NCBI GenBank assembly: GCA_030264375.1
Contig: JASCQW010000032.1
Coordinates: 39,525,874-39,580,789, forward strand
DNA length: 54,916 nucleotides
From: Carcharhinus longimanus
Lineage: Eukaryota
Direction of reading: 5' to 3'
This document shows, in pieces, positions 14,170-26,270 of the stretch (position 1 is the first letter of the stretch; each line of letters opens with the position of its first letter). Under the pieces are notes generated by a model, which did no database searches, had not been told where the DNA came from, and saw only the letters and a program-made list of their open reading frames with translations. The position numbers and the translations under genes were made by a program.

Positions 14170-15720
14170 TTCATCCAGAAATAGATACCAGATAAATACC
14201 AAGACAGTCAAGAGTAACTGCCCTTGACATTAAGGCAGCAACTCAACCAAGTGTGGTTCAAGAAACCCTACTGTGATTGGAAACATGCAAGATGATCATT
14301 GTGGTTGTCAGCAATTAATCACCACAACTTCAAACATCTTTGTTGGAATTCCTCAGGGTAACATCACATTCCTAACCATCACCAGCTGCTTCAATGACCT
14401 TTGCTCTGATACAAGGTCAAGCATGGGACAGATCACTGCTTATTCTACTTCACAGCAAGATACCGTCAGACAATGACACAATAGGACATGGGACGACATT
14501 CATGTTGGGCTGACGGGCAGCAAATATTAACAGACATCCAAGTGCCAGGGAACAGTAGTCTGCAACAAGAAGCAACCACATTTTCTGATCTGCAATGGCA
14601 CCAGCATCAGAGTTCCCATAACCATACTACAGAGCAGCTAACAGACAAGATATATTGCAACAAGTGGCTTACTTCCTAATCTTTGAATGCCTTTGTACTA
14701 TTTACAGGGGTTAAAGCAACATGGAATGCCATCAACTAAGATGGGTGCAGATGCAATATTCTAGCAGATTGACAGCATTCAAAAGAGAGCAATCTGCTTG
14801 ATTGAACACCACATCCAGCTCATTCAGCAGAGGTGCACAGCGATTGAAGTACATAGAGTCTACTGTAAGCTTGTCTAAACTCCAGCCTACAGGTTGGATG
14901 CAGTCCATGAAGTCCCCCAACCCGGTCCCCAGAGATAGTTTTCAAAACGTCAGTAAGTGCAGTGGAAGGTTCTTAAAGAAACTGCTCCTCAGAGGTTGCT
15001 CCGCATCAACATTTGCTGTTGATAGGCTCAAACATGCCTGTTGGAGACTGCCTGGTTAGGGAAGGAGGGAGAGACGTGATCCGGGCCAAGGGAAGAAGGG
15101 GTAACTGAGAGAGAGACTTGCTCTGGGCCAGGAGGATCAAGCATGAAAGCTCTGCCCCGAAAGCGCCGCTCCAGGCCAGAAGAGACTGGACACATCCATG
15201 GACAGCTCTTGTCTCGCTCACTGTGTCTCGGGATTCTTATTCGTTCTTAGCCCCAATTATCAGGCACTGGATGACGACGAGCGAGAACCCTGAGACTGGG
15301 AGTTATCTGAACATACACACACTCACTCTTTTACCCTCTTTATTATTCTTTTGTTAAAATAAATGTATGATTGTGACTTTTTTTGCTAAGTTTTGTTCAT
15401 ACACATCTCTTTTTTTTTAAAAATCCATCTTTAATATTGTTAAACACCATCTCTCTGAAATTTGTTCATTAAGGGTGAGAAAAATTGAAATGTGGGCCTC
15501 TACTTGTAACGATTGGACAAGCCTGGTCTCCAAGATGCAGTTCAACAAAAATGCCCATTCTCTTGATCTCAACCAAGGGCAAGGAGGCCAGGGAAGCCAC
15601 AAGATCATCTGCTCTATATTCTTAAATATTCTAATTTGGCCACATTCCATCATTAGTCTCTACTGGGTCAAAATCCTGCCATTCCTTGCCTAACACCAAC
15701 AGATGAGGAACAAGGAATCT
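14170..15720 (+). mobile_element. Decayed CR1/L2-group LINE 3' part, interrupted by a DNA transposon
   Basis: GIPQG and CFNDL RT-like remnants; segments on each side of the insert resemble 37550-38125 (e.g. CTGGGTCAAAATCCTG). Confidence 0.6.
14866..15525. mobile_element. Non-autonomous hAT (Charlie-like) DNA transposon, 660 bp
   Basis: Degenerate TIRs TAAGCTTGTCTAA / TTGGACAAGCCTG (reverse complement CAGGCTTGTCCAA, 10/13 match); diverged 8-bp flanks GTCTACTG (14858-14865) and GTCTCCAA (15526-15533). Confidence 0.7.
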
Positions 15721-17774
15721 GGCATTAAAAGACAATGTACCACTACATTCTGAGGATAATCTGCAATGACCAATAAATGTGATCTTTCCAGAATAACTTA
15801 CAACCTGGGCACAAAAACTAAAATAAAAACTTGGTGAATCGTTACTTGTGGCCAATATGAATGATCCAAACCTGCAATTCTTTTAGCCGTGGGGAGAGGA
15901 AATATGATACTTCATTGCAGAGCCTAACATGTACAAACTAAGGGTCTGGCATGCTTGAAAAGAATATCAAGTTTTTCCTTCTGAATTGTGAAGCCATGAA
16001 TTTAACAAATTATTTAGTGTTGGGGAGAACATGCATTAACACTGTTGGCTTCCTGAAGCACCAAGCTCACACAGAGAAGTTTTATAATTAAATGCTTACC
16101 AATAACCTAAGTGCCAATATACAGCAGATAAAAACGTTTAACACAAAATGGAAAGCCACAGGGGACTCACCAAGAATGACTGCCAGGAAGACCTGTTTTA
16201 GTAGCCTCTCTAAGTGGCTGCTGGTTTTAACGAGTATTAGCTGTTTTGCATTTGGCTTGCAGCCAACTACATGAATCCCTCACTTCAGAAACCCAACAGC
16301 AATGATACAATATAAAGTCTGAATCTATAACTCTTAAGAACAGTCAGGGTCAGATTCTTTAACACACCAATATTACAAGGTAAGCATACGGATTCAAGGA
16401 GTCACTGCTGACATGACTCGATGAACATTGGCATATAGCTTCACTTTCCTACTTTGATGCACGCTAACATCTGCCTAAATGTTTGTTCTTTTGATCCTTC
16501 TCTTTCCAGTTTACTCCTCCATTTCTCTCCTAGTCAGTCCCCATCTGTTTTCTTCTCGCAAAACAACTTGTACTTTATCTTTTTACTTCAGTTCCCCGTA
16601 AATTGTGTGATTCACATTGTGACCACATAACACAGACATGCATGGATCCAGCATTAACAGCATAAAGCTGCCAGCCACTTGCATACAAGAGAATACATTA
16701 ACTACAGCAGGTCATATGGCACAAAACAAACATCACAATTAGCTGAAACTTAAGAAAAACATTGCGATGCTGCCAACATTACATACTGATGTTTGCGCAG
16801 CTCAAGTTAAACAGCCATTGCCATTTACTTTCTTTACATAAATACGATACTCTTTCTGTAATTTGCTTCAAGTCAAATGGCACAACTTAACTACAATACA
16901 TTTTTCAAAATTAGGAAAAGTTAAAACCTTCCAAATAAAGGGATTTTAAAAATATTAACTTGTTTGACAAGGGAATAGTAAACAAAGATTAAACAATTAT
17001 TGGCTTTATTTAGAACCCAGGTGGTCATAAGCAGTCTTTTAAAAAGTATGATTGAATGTACTTTTTGCAGTGGTATGTTGCAGCGTGAACAGTGACAACA
17101 AATAGCCAACATTAAAACATACTGACAAATTCAAAACAACTTTACAGTAGATTCCTAAAATGCAAGATGGAAGTACATGACCAATCAAGAAGAATGCAAC
17201 TGAAGTATCGATTCCAACCTGCAAGATAACAGGAAACTTAACTCGGCTGTTAACCACAGTTGTATTTTTGTGCACAATTACAACGGTTGATGTTGACACA
17301 GTGCCTGTAACACAATTAAATTTTCAGCGGCCTTTTAAACAGGCTCTAATGTGAATGGTAAGTGTACGCAAAAACAGGCTGAGAGAAATCAGAATAAATT
17401 TCATGTTTCAAGCTTCACGAAAGATGTTGTAAAACAGCGTCAGTTTTCTGCCTCTTACAGGTACAGTGTCTCAAAATCAGCAACTTCAGGACCCAGATTT
17501 CAGATCTTGTTAGTTTTCTGGTTGGGTAATCTGGCTACGTAGAGAGAGTTCAGAGCATGATTTTTAATCAAGGATTGCAAAGGGCAATTTTGAAAGAAAG
17601 ACAATGTTGAATGAAAAGCTACCAAAATCTTTGAAGCTGCTTCAGATCAGTGTTATTTTGCCAGAATTGTGGCAGAAGCTCTGTTTATTCATGTAAATGG
17701 AGTTCCTGTTGTATTTCAGTGAAGTGTTGGTGGTGAAGCAGGAGCAGCTCCAAGAAATTTCCCAGCCCACATTG

Positions 17775-17905
17775 AATCATACAGCGCAGAAGATGCCTTT
17801 GGCCCCATCAAGTCCACATGGACACATTAGAAACATCTGAACTCCCACCTAATCCCATCTGCCAGCACTTGACCCATAGCCCTGAATGTTGTGATGTGCC
17901 AAGTT
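17775..17905 (-). mobile_element. CR1-type 3' end fragment
   Basis: ATCATACAGCGCAGAAGATGCCTTTGGCCCATCAAGTC...AATCCCATCTGCCAGCACTTGACCCATAGCC is the reverse of a CR1-type tail. Confidence 0.6.
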
Positions 17906-18105
17906 AAATGAAAGATGTTGGTGAGAGGGCAAAGTCAGGTAGGTGATGGCAACTTAAAAAACAATCCGGTTTTCCGATAGTTGGACTTGAGACACAGTAT
18001 CTGGACTGACATTTGGTACTGCAAAAACAAAATCCAAGTTAGATATCTGGAAACACATTCTAGTTCAAAATATCTCAGGCTATAAAACTGTATATTCAAA
18101 GCTTC

Positions 18106-18420
18106 ATAGAATCATTACAGAACTCTTAGTGCAGAAGGGGGCCATTCAGCTCATCAAGTCTGCACCACCAACAAACCCACCCTGGCCCTATCCCATAACC
18201 TCTCATATTTACCTCACTAATTCCCGTGAGACTAGGAGACAATTTAGCAATGAAACTAACCTGCACATCTTTGGACTGTGGAAGGAAACTGGAGCACCCA
18301 GAGAAAACCACACACACACAGGGAGAATGTGCAGACTCCACACAGACAGTGACCCAAGCTGGGAATCAAACCCAGGTCCCTGGAGCTGTGATACAGCAGT
18401 GCTAACCACTGTGCCACCAT
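18106..18420 (-). mobile_element. V-SINE (HE1-like), full length
   Basis: Reverse-complement homolog of 8221-8560 and 23094-23400; lies about 175 bp downstream of exon 6. Confidence 0.9.
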
Positions 18421-18585
18421 GTCAAAGCTTAATTCATTACTTCCTTGAAAAAAAATTCTGTGAAACCAATTTCTCTTCAGTAAATGAACCCTTTTCAAGA
18501 TTGATTCTATTTGAAGTTCAGTTAATTCAAGATAAGTCAAGTCGAGCAAAACCATAATTTAGTTTTGTAATTAAGTATACAATTA

Positions 18586-18690
<105 letters not shown>

Positions 18691-18866
18691 TTATAAAAGC
18701 ATATACGGTACAGGGCTAAAGATGCAACACTCCTGGCTGCAATTAGTTATTCAGACACCATAGAATATTGCAAGTGAAAAAATGCACATATAATCTAAGC
18801 AGAGTTGTCCTTTAGAAACATTTTTCATGTTTAGCAAATTCTAGGTTCATTTCATATATTTACCTA

Positions 18867-19055
<189 letters not shown>

Positions 19056-19079
19056 TTAAAAAACATTCAGATTTCTTAC

Positions 19080-19200
19080 CATGGGACCGTATTAATCTAT
19101 CTTCTGGATCTTGTGAAAATGGGATACCCAAGTCCTTTAGTTCCTTCAGGCATTCTTCATTTAGAATGGACAATGGAAGATCTTCCAAATTTGGTGTAGT
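19080..19200 (-). CDS. AGPS: AGPS exon 4 equivalent (121 bp)
   Basis: cactttgaag|ACTACACCA...TCCCATG|gtaag; TTPNLEDLPLSILNEECLKELKDLGIPFSQDPEDRLIRSH(G). Confidence 0.95.
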
Positions 19201-19251
19201 CTTCAAAGTGAAAAGTGTCATTAGCTTCCATAAATTATTTAAAATTTTCTA

Positions 19252-19512
19252 AAGTTTTAAGTTTATTAGTGTCACAAGTAGGCTTACATCAACACTGCAA
19301 TGAAGTTATTGTGAAAATTCCCTAGTCTCCACACTCCAGCGCTTATTCAGGTACACTGAGGGAGAATTTAGAATGCACCTAACCAGCATGTCTTTCGGAG
19401 TGTGGGATGAAACCCATGCAGACATGGGGAGAATGTGCAGACTCCACGCAGTGACCCAAGCCAGGAATTGAACCCTGGTGCTGTGAGGCAGCAGTGCTAA
19501 AGACTGTGCCAC
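19252..19512 (-). mobile_element. V-SINE, alternative-tail subfamily
   Basis: HE1-like head and core, with the same tail as 1-232. Confidence 0.85.
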
Positions 19513-19849
19513 TGTTATTATTGTTCAACTGCAAAAGAACATTCACTAAATTAGCATTCTTGCCAAAAACTAAGCACATCATAAAGCATGAATGCTTTTT
19601 TTTTTAAAATTGCTAGGCCAAACATTTTCTAATTTTTCAAAATCTCTCACATAAATACCTAAAAAGATTCATAAATCAGACCAATATTTAAGCACCAGAA
19701 TTTGTACTTGGAAAAATAATTTTGAAAACCCAAGCTGGGCATTTCTTTTGCTTTTTCAGGTTCAATAAATTATACAAAATCTATTGCTTATTTTATATGA
19801 GCAAGATATCAAAGGAATGTCAAAGAACTGTCGTGCATAACTTTCTTAC

Positions 19850-19940
19850 CCTTGGGGTCGTTCTGTGCTCCAAACTTGCTCCAAAGGATTTTTCCATCCA
19901 CTCCTTCAAAGCTGGCAGTATCATGCCACTAAGTCGATAT
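19850..19940 (-). CDS. AGPS: AGPS exon 3 equivalent (91 bp)
   Basis: ttgctcag|ATATCGACTT...ACCCCAAGG|gtaag; YRLSGMILPALKEWMEKSFGASLEHRTTPR; phase compatible with exons 2 and 4. Confidence 0.95.
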
Positions 19941-20335
19941 CTGAGCAAGAAACTTTCACTTATCAGTTACCATGAACTGAGGTGCCTTTTTTTTTTAAAA
20001 CACAAACCCTCACGTCCAACAAAAGAATCCTGATCCCATGCATTGTAAAGAAATTTGAGTAAACGATTAATGTAACAATGTATTTGAATGATCCCATGTA
20101 CACAAGGAGAAAATGGTGTTTTTGACAAGTTTAAAATACTTTCCTATTTTTATGAAGTTATACTTTTTAAGTGAATTTGGAAGCTTGATATAGCGCTGCA
20201 GAACTTTAAATGTTCAATATTTTAATACCTACTTGTTCTAGGGAAAAAATTATTCTAAAACCTACGAAATATACTTCTGGATTTAGGAACGATTTCATAC
20301 GCTTTAAAAGTCAATTAACAGATACCAAATCAAAA

Positions 20336-20500
20336 TCATAGAATCCTTACAGTGCAGAAGGTGGACAGTCAGCTCATCGAGTCTGCACCAATTGCACCCA
20401 GGCCCTATTCCTATAACCCTACATATTAATCCTGTTAATTGCCCTGACACTAGGGTCAACTTAGCATGACCAATCAACCTAACCCGCACATCTCTGGATA
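20336..20500 (-). mobile_element. V-SINE 3' half
   Basis: ATCATAGAATCCTTACAGTGCAGAAGG...CCAATCAACCTAACCCGCACATCT matches the reverse of the 8221-8560 3' half. Confidence 0.8.
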
Positions 20501-21929
20501 TTTAATATTAAATGATGAAGCTAACTCTCCCCAGTTTCAAAAAATATTCTAAAATCATTAACGCAAATTGTAAATCAATTCCAAGAAAAATAAATATTCT
20601 TCACAGGAACTCTTGCCATATTCATGTTTAAAGGATTCAAAGCATAAATGTTAGGAAAATGCAGATAATTATTCTATTGGGAAACAATAAATACTTCCTG
20701 CCTCAACTTCTTTTTAAACTGTTAAAGGACTTGATCAGTTATTCATTCTGATCTAAATTGAGCTTAGCTGCTGTATTCCTTGTTATAACTTAAAAGGAAA
20801 ATTGTTATGAAGAAACAGTTTGAAGACAATCACTTGGAATAGTAGAGGATAATTTCAATTTATTCCAAAGATTTATAAATATTAATGTGCAGGGTTTACT
20901 TGAACAGCAATAACTATAACACTGAACACAGTGAGGGAATTTCACAGAATGAATTATTACAATCTGTCTCACACATGCAGATTTATAGAAGTTAGAGAAA
21001 ATGAAATCTTAAATACCATGATATCTGCTTATTGTAGTGCAGGGTCACTGAAGATGTGACTTTCTCTCCAAAGGGTTTGCTGAAGAGCGATGATACAAGG
21101 CACTAATGGAAATATTTAATCTGTTCCATTACGAAGTCTGACTTTAAACCGTGCGTTAGTCTGTGGTTCCGTCATTGAGAGAGTGGTGTCAAAATTGCCT
21201 ATTAAATGATTTTGGCCTGATCTTAGAACAATCTAGCTGGGGACCATGGAGTCCTTCCAGTCATTTCCACAAAATCCACTGAAGTCGTTAGAGAAGATTT
21301 AATCAGCAAGGTCAATGGACTTGAAAAACACATACCTGTCTCTGAATCTATTGTAAAGAACAATGGCTTGACTCAGGTGGTGTCCAAACAGTCAAAAACT
21401 CAAGACTTCCAAGATCAAAAAGACACCAAAACCTCAGATTGACAACAATAACTTAAAAATAACTGGAAGCACATTGAACAGTCTGAATTAAGCTTGCTGA
21501 AAGAACCTAAGCTACAGGTGCACAAAGCAGAATACAGAAATGGCAATCCAGGTTGATGGAGAAACAAAGGAAGATAGTGCTTTGAAACAAATGACTTGAC
21601 TGCAATTAATGCTGATCCTGTGGAACTACAGAAAAGAATTCAAGTTCTGGAACATAAATTAAATCTTCAGAATGACAAAGCAGTTGCTGTGAGGGAAGAG
21701 TTGAGTAAAATTTGTGTTGAGCAGGGGAAAAATTTAAAACAATTCATGAACTAGCTAGAAAATTAGGATTTCCTAACTGATCATCGCAGTGACCACAAGG
21801 CAAATTCCTGGAACAGTGAGAACCATAATCCTGCATTTAAAACAGAAGAGGGCGATACAGTTATCTGACTTGCTGAGATTCTTTCTCCTCATTTGGATAA
21901 TAAAAATTAATATCCAAAGTTAAACTCCA

Positions 21930-22705
21930 AAGTTAAAATCCTAAGATAGTCAATTTCAGAGGTGTAGTGGGAGGACATGCCCCTGTCTATATCAATCAGG
22001 ATGAAGTAGAAATGGTCGACAGCTTCAATGTTTTTAGGTGTCCAGATCACCAACAAACTGTCCTGGTCCCCCCATGCTAAGCTACAGTTCAGAAAGCCCA
22101 CCACTAAGACTAAGGAAAGTCTAAGGAAATTTGGTGTGTCCCCTAAGACTCTCACTAACTTTTACAGATGCAACATAGAAAGCATTCTTTTTGGTTGTAT
22201 CACAGCTTAGTATGGCTCCTGCTCTATCCAAGATCACAAGAAATTACAAAGGGCCATGAACGAAGCCCAGTCCATCACTCAAACCAGCCTCATTGGTTTG
22301 AATGATGGACTGGGCTTCGTTCATGGCCATTCCCATTGCCACTGTCTACACTCCCTGCTGCCTCAGAAAAGCAGCCAGCAGAATTAAGGACCTACACACC
22401 CCAGACATGCTCTCTTCCATCTTCTTGTCAGGAAAAAGATACAAAAGTCTGAGGACACATACCAACTGACTCAAATACAGCTTCTTTCCTGCTACGATCA
22501 GACTTTTAAATGGACCTACCTCACTTTAAGTTTCTCTACCCCCTAGCTATGACTGTAACACCAAATTCTGCACTCTCCTTTCCCTCCCTATGTACAGTAT
22601 GCTTTGTCTGTAGAGCATGCAAGAAATAATACTTTACACTATATAATACATGTGACAATACTTTTCACTAAATAATACATGTGATAATAATAAATCAAAT
22701 CAAAA
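21930..22705 (+). mobile_element. Rex1/Babar-type LINE 3' fragment
   Basis: FLGVQITNKLSWSPH and LTNFYRCNIESILFGCITA*YGSC are typical of the Rex1 ORF C-terminus; 3' UTR ends AATAAATCAAATCAAA. Confidence 0.85.
22252..22328. repeat. Inverted repeat, 35-bp arms, 7-nt loop, one mismatch
   Basis: GGCCATGAACGAAGCCCAGTCCATCACTCAAACCA-gcctcat-TGGTTTGAATGATGGACTGGGCTTCGTTCATGGCC. Confidence 0.95.
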
Positions 22706-22746
22706 ACCTGAACAATGTGGTTTAGACTTAAAATCAACAGTCTGCA

Positions 22747-22790
22747 AATTAGATATTACATTGTTAATAATAACATTGTAATATCTAATT
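22747..22790. repeat. AT-rich palindrome, 20-bp arms with one mismatch
   Basis: AATTAGATATTACA-t-TGTTA-ataa-TAACA-t-TGTAATATCTAATT. Confidence 0.9.
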
Positions 22791-23093
22791 CTAAAAATAA
22801 CAAAAGGCATTAATTAGCCACTAAAGAAATGGAGTTGTGACAGAATTTTGCCTTTACAGTTTATACCTAATGGAATGCCAAAATCACAGGATTGTCAGCA
22901 ATGTTACGACATTGTAGTGCTATACAAAGTTACCCACAATGAATCATTTGTGCCACCTTTAACCAAGGATACCAAGAAAATGCACAAACNNNNNNNNNNA
23001 ACCATGCAAAAGAATGCGATGCAGAACAGAAATGGAAGCCACCAAGAGTAAAGCAAATTCTCATTTATTAAAGAGCTTTAAAGATTGGGACAT

Positions 23094-23400
23094 GGGGCGG
23101 CACGGTGGCTCAGTAGCTAGCACTGCTGACTCCCAGTGCCAGGGACCCAGGTTCGATTCCCAGCTTGGATCACACTGTGTGGAGTTTGCACATTCTCCCC
23201 GTATCTGCCTGGGTTTCCTCCGAGTGCTCCGGTTTCCTCCTACAGTCCAAAGACGTGCAGGATAGGTGGATTGGCCATACTAAACTGCCCTTTAACATCG
23301 GGGGACTAGCTAGCACAAATGCTAATGGGTGGGATTGTAGTCGGTACAGACTCGATGGGCCGGGTGGCTCCTTCTGCACTGTCGAATTCTATGATTCATA
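23094..23400 (+). mobile_element. V-SINE (HE1-like), full length
   Basis: GGGCGGCACGGTGGCTCAGTAG (A box), GGTTCGATTCC (B box), V-core, tail ACTCGATGGGCC...ATTCTATGATTC. Confidence 0.92.
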
Positions 23401-23518
23401 AAGGTGAATTTTAAATCCCTGTTACATGCAGGTGACCATGATGGGTTAATCCATTTAATAGCATTGATATAAATACTGTACTGATCAAATGGGACAAAGG
23501 GAGGAGACATAAATATAC

Positions 23519-23647
23519 TGGCTGGAATTTTACCGTCCTGCCCGCCATAGGAATCAGAGTGGGCGGCAGGTGGACCATGGAAAGGTCCGTTGACCTTGGG
23601 TGGGATTATAGGGTTTCGGGACAAGCGAGGCCATAAAGTCCCGCCCA
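23519..23647. mobile_element. GC-rich MITE-like element
   Basis: Termini GGCTGGAATTTTAC ... ATAAAGTCCCGCCC are imperfectly inverted; GC-rich island in AT-rich flanks. Confidence 0.55.
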
Positions 23648-23779
23648 CTGTATGCAATAGGTTAGTTACAACTACATTCTACACATTTTTAATTGGTTAT
23701 ATTGTATAGCTTTTTAAAATTTCATTATTTTGGTGATGACATTTTGTGTTTTGGGAGAGGCTTTACAATATGAAGTTTG

Positions 23780-26270
23780 TCAGATTGTCATGTCTTGAGG
23801 GATTGTCTTCTTAGTTTAGTATGAAATAGTGGTACGAAAGTAGTCACAGGACTAGTTTTTGAATTTAAGCAGCAGTTTGGGTGGCTTGGTTGTTAAAAGT
23901 TAATGGGGAGCCCAGGTTGTTTTACTGGGCAGAAGCTGCAAAACTATTCATGCTGGTCTCCAAACCTAACAGGGGTTGCCAGGAATATCAGGTGAGCAGT
24001 TACATTTTAAAGCTTCTTACAGGAAAGCATTATAGGATTAGGCATCCAAAACAAGTGGGCAATACTCAGTTGAGGAGCTGGGGGAAGCAAAAAGGCTACA
24101 TGGGAGTAGCATAGGTTGGAGGAGATGCAGCCAGAGAGGCTAGCAAAATCCTTGTGCCAGGGATCAATAGGGACACAAAGCTCCTGGCAAATTTAAAAAA
24201 AGCCCACACCCGTGCTGGATGAGCAGGAGATCTGGTTACTGAAACTTACGTTTGCAAATTTGGAGGTAAACACAAGGAATTCCCAAATTCCCCAGAGCTG
24301 GTGACATTACTGCCTCACACAGTTGAAGAGCCACAGGGCACAGTGGCTGAAGCTAGGCCAATGCCTATTTCCAAGGACTCAGATGGAAGAAAAGTCAGGC
24401 AGGATAATTGAAAAAGAAAAAGTCTGCACTCCTGTGGGATGAGCAGGAGGTCTGGCTGGTCCACTTTACCTCTGTAGTCTTACTGGGATAACAGGCAAGA
24501 TCCTAAGCTGATATGCAGATAGTGAAAGAGGGAGCTCACTTAGATGGGCTGCAGGACAGTGCAGCATGTGCTAGACAGCTTGGGGACCAAACCCTCCCCA
24601 GGGTAACAGGTCATGGAAAAAACAGTAACACTGGCACAAGGGGAACTCAAGTTCAGTTAGAACAAAATTGAAGCCATAAACCAATCAGGGATTGGACACA
24701 TCTGAATAGCTGGTGGTGGTGGCGGGGGGGGAAGCTTGGTGATGATGAGCACAGCAGGGATGCTTTCCATATTGAACCTCCAGTTGCCAGGCTGATAGAT
24801 CCCAAAATGCCCAAATCAACAACCCCAACCCAAGAGAGATGGAAGGATATGGCCACCCTATTCAGAAAATTTGAAGGAATTCACTGGAGAGTACACCATT
24901 AGCAGTCCAAGACAGGAATGTGGGAGTATCCCCATCAACAAAATGAAAGCATGAGTGAGGGAGAGCACATGCGCACACAAGAGAGCTTCCCCCCAACCCC
25001 CAGGAGTGAATGGCAGAATGAACGTTCACACCTCCTTACAGTCTCTCTCTTCTCCTTGGGGGAAAAAAAAGTGAAAAATAATTCATTTTTTCCTCCAGCA
25101 ATGAAGGCATGTCATGCTGAGAATGCATGAAGAAAAAAAATCTATAAAATTAGTTTCTCTTCTTTTGTTTGAAAGGACAATTGCTGGGCTAATAAAATGG
25201 TTGCAGCTGGTCCCAAGCTAGTAGTTCTGGAAGATTCTAAGCCTTCCAATTGACAAAGGCAAACTCAACCTCCTAGAAATGTGATTTATATTGTAGCAAC
25301 ATTCCAGCCAAGTCAACACAAAAGACTAGTAGACAAGGCGTTGGCACCAGTCTGCTCTAGACAAAGGCAGAGATATTGGGATTCCTCATCATCAATGTTG
25401 TGCTAATGGTTCCAGTTATCTGCTCAAAATATAACGTGTTTTGACAAAGTACCTTAAAGCAAATTATTAGCTGAATGGCTTGACCAGAACCATCCTGCCA
25501 CATGACTGAGACTTGAACTGTCTGAATTGTTTTAATTATACAGTTTTTTGAAATTGTCGCTTCAATTGCAATTTAACTCAGATAGCCAGACTCCAGGCTA
25601 GCAACCTGCCTCAAACCTCCATATATCTCTTAAAATCAGATTTCAAAGAATCAAAAACAGAAAATGTTGGGAAATTTCATTACATCTGACAGCATCTGTG
25701 GAAAGAGGGATGGAAGTTTGAACCCACATTAGCTCTTTCTCCACATCAGAATTACTGAAATTTTCTAGCATTTTTCGTTTATGTTTCAAGTTCCAGCATT
25801 TGCAGTAATTTGCTTTTATTGCCAGCAAGAATCCTATAGTTTGCCTACAGAGTAAACCAATTCCCAGAATACACTGCTGCATCTTCACCCCTTCAGTCGA
25901 GTTCGTCAGACAAAGACCAGGAATATCTCCATACAAAGACAGTGACTTACTGGACTCCACTCACATTAATTAATGCCAATTTTTTTTATTTAAATAACTC
26001 ACATTTTGTAACTTCCCTGCATTTCTGCCTTGAATGCTTTGTGAGTGTGAATGTTGTGCTGCAATCCATTCCTTGGATTTTAAATGTGTTAATAAATCCT
26101 AGTTTTGTTTCACTTTAAAGAATTTTCTATAGGGTTATTTGAACACCTTGTAGACAGGGGTTCGGGAAACACACCACGGCCCATCTTGACAAAGGAAAGA
26201 CAGGGAAACAAATTAAATTATGAATTAAAACTACCATGTAATGGTCAGCAAAGGGGAACGGTAATAATGA
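23780..26270 (+). mobile_element. Possible decayed LTR-type or non-autonomous element
   Basis: Purine-rich block with an internal direct repeat (GGATGAGCAGGAG.TCTGG at about 24217 and 24438) and AATAAA near 26091; termini not resolved. Confidence 0.3.
25648..25818. mobile_element. Short fold-back repeat (Penelope-derived or MITE-like)
   Basis: AAACAGAAAATGTTGGGAAATTTCA... pairs imperfectly with ...TGAAATTTTCTAGCATTTTTCGTTT; a more decayed relative lies at about 42590-42830. Confidence 0.6.

Noticed and set aside
16400-16420. ARE/Maf-like motif TGCTGACATGAC, noted because NFE2L2 is a usual neighbour
   Set aside because: Not a canonical TGACnnnGC site; such short matches are expected by chance.
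18126-18557. Overlapping ORFs up to 142 aa (similar sets at 8306, 19306, 23014-23401)
   Set aside because: Translations of V-SINE sequence; the same pseudo-peptides recur in each copy.
23094-23165. tRNA-like sequence with A and B boxes
   Set aside because: SINE head that runs into the V-core; not a standalone tRNA gene.
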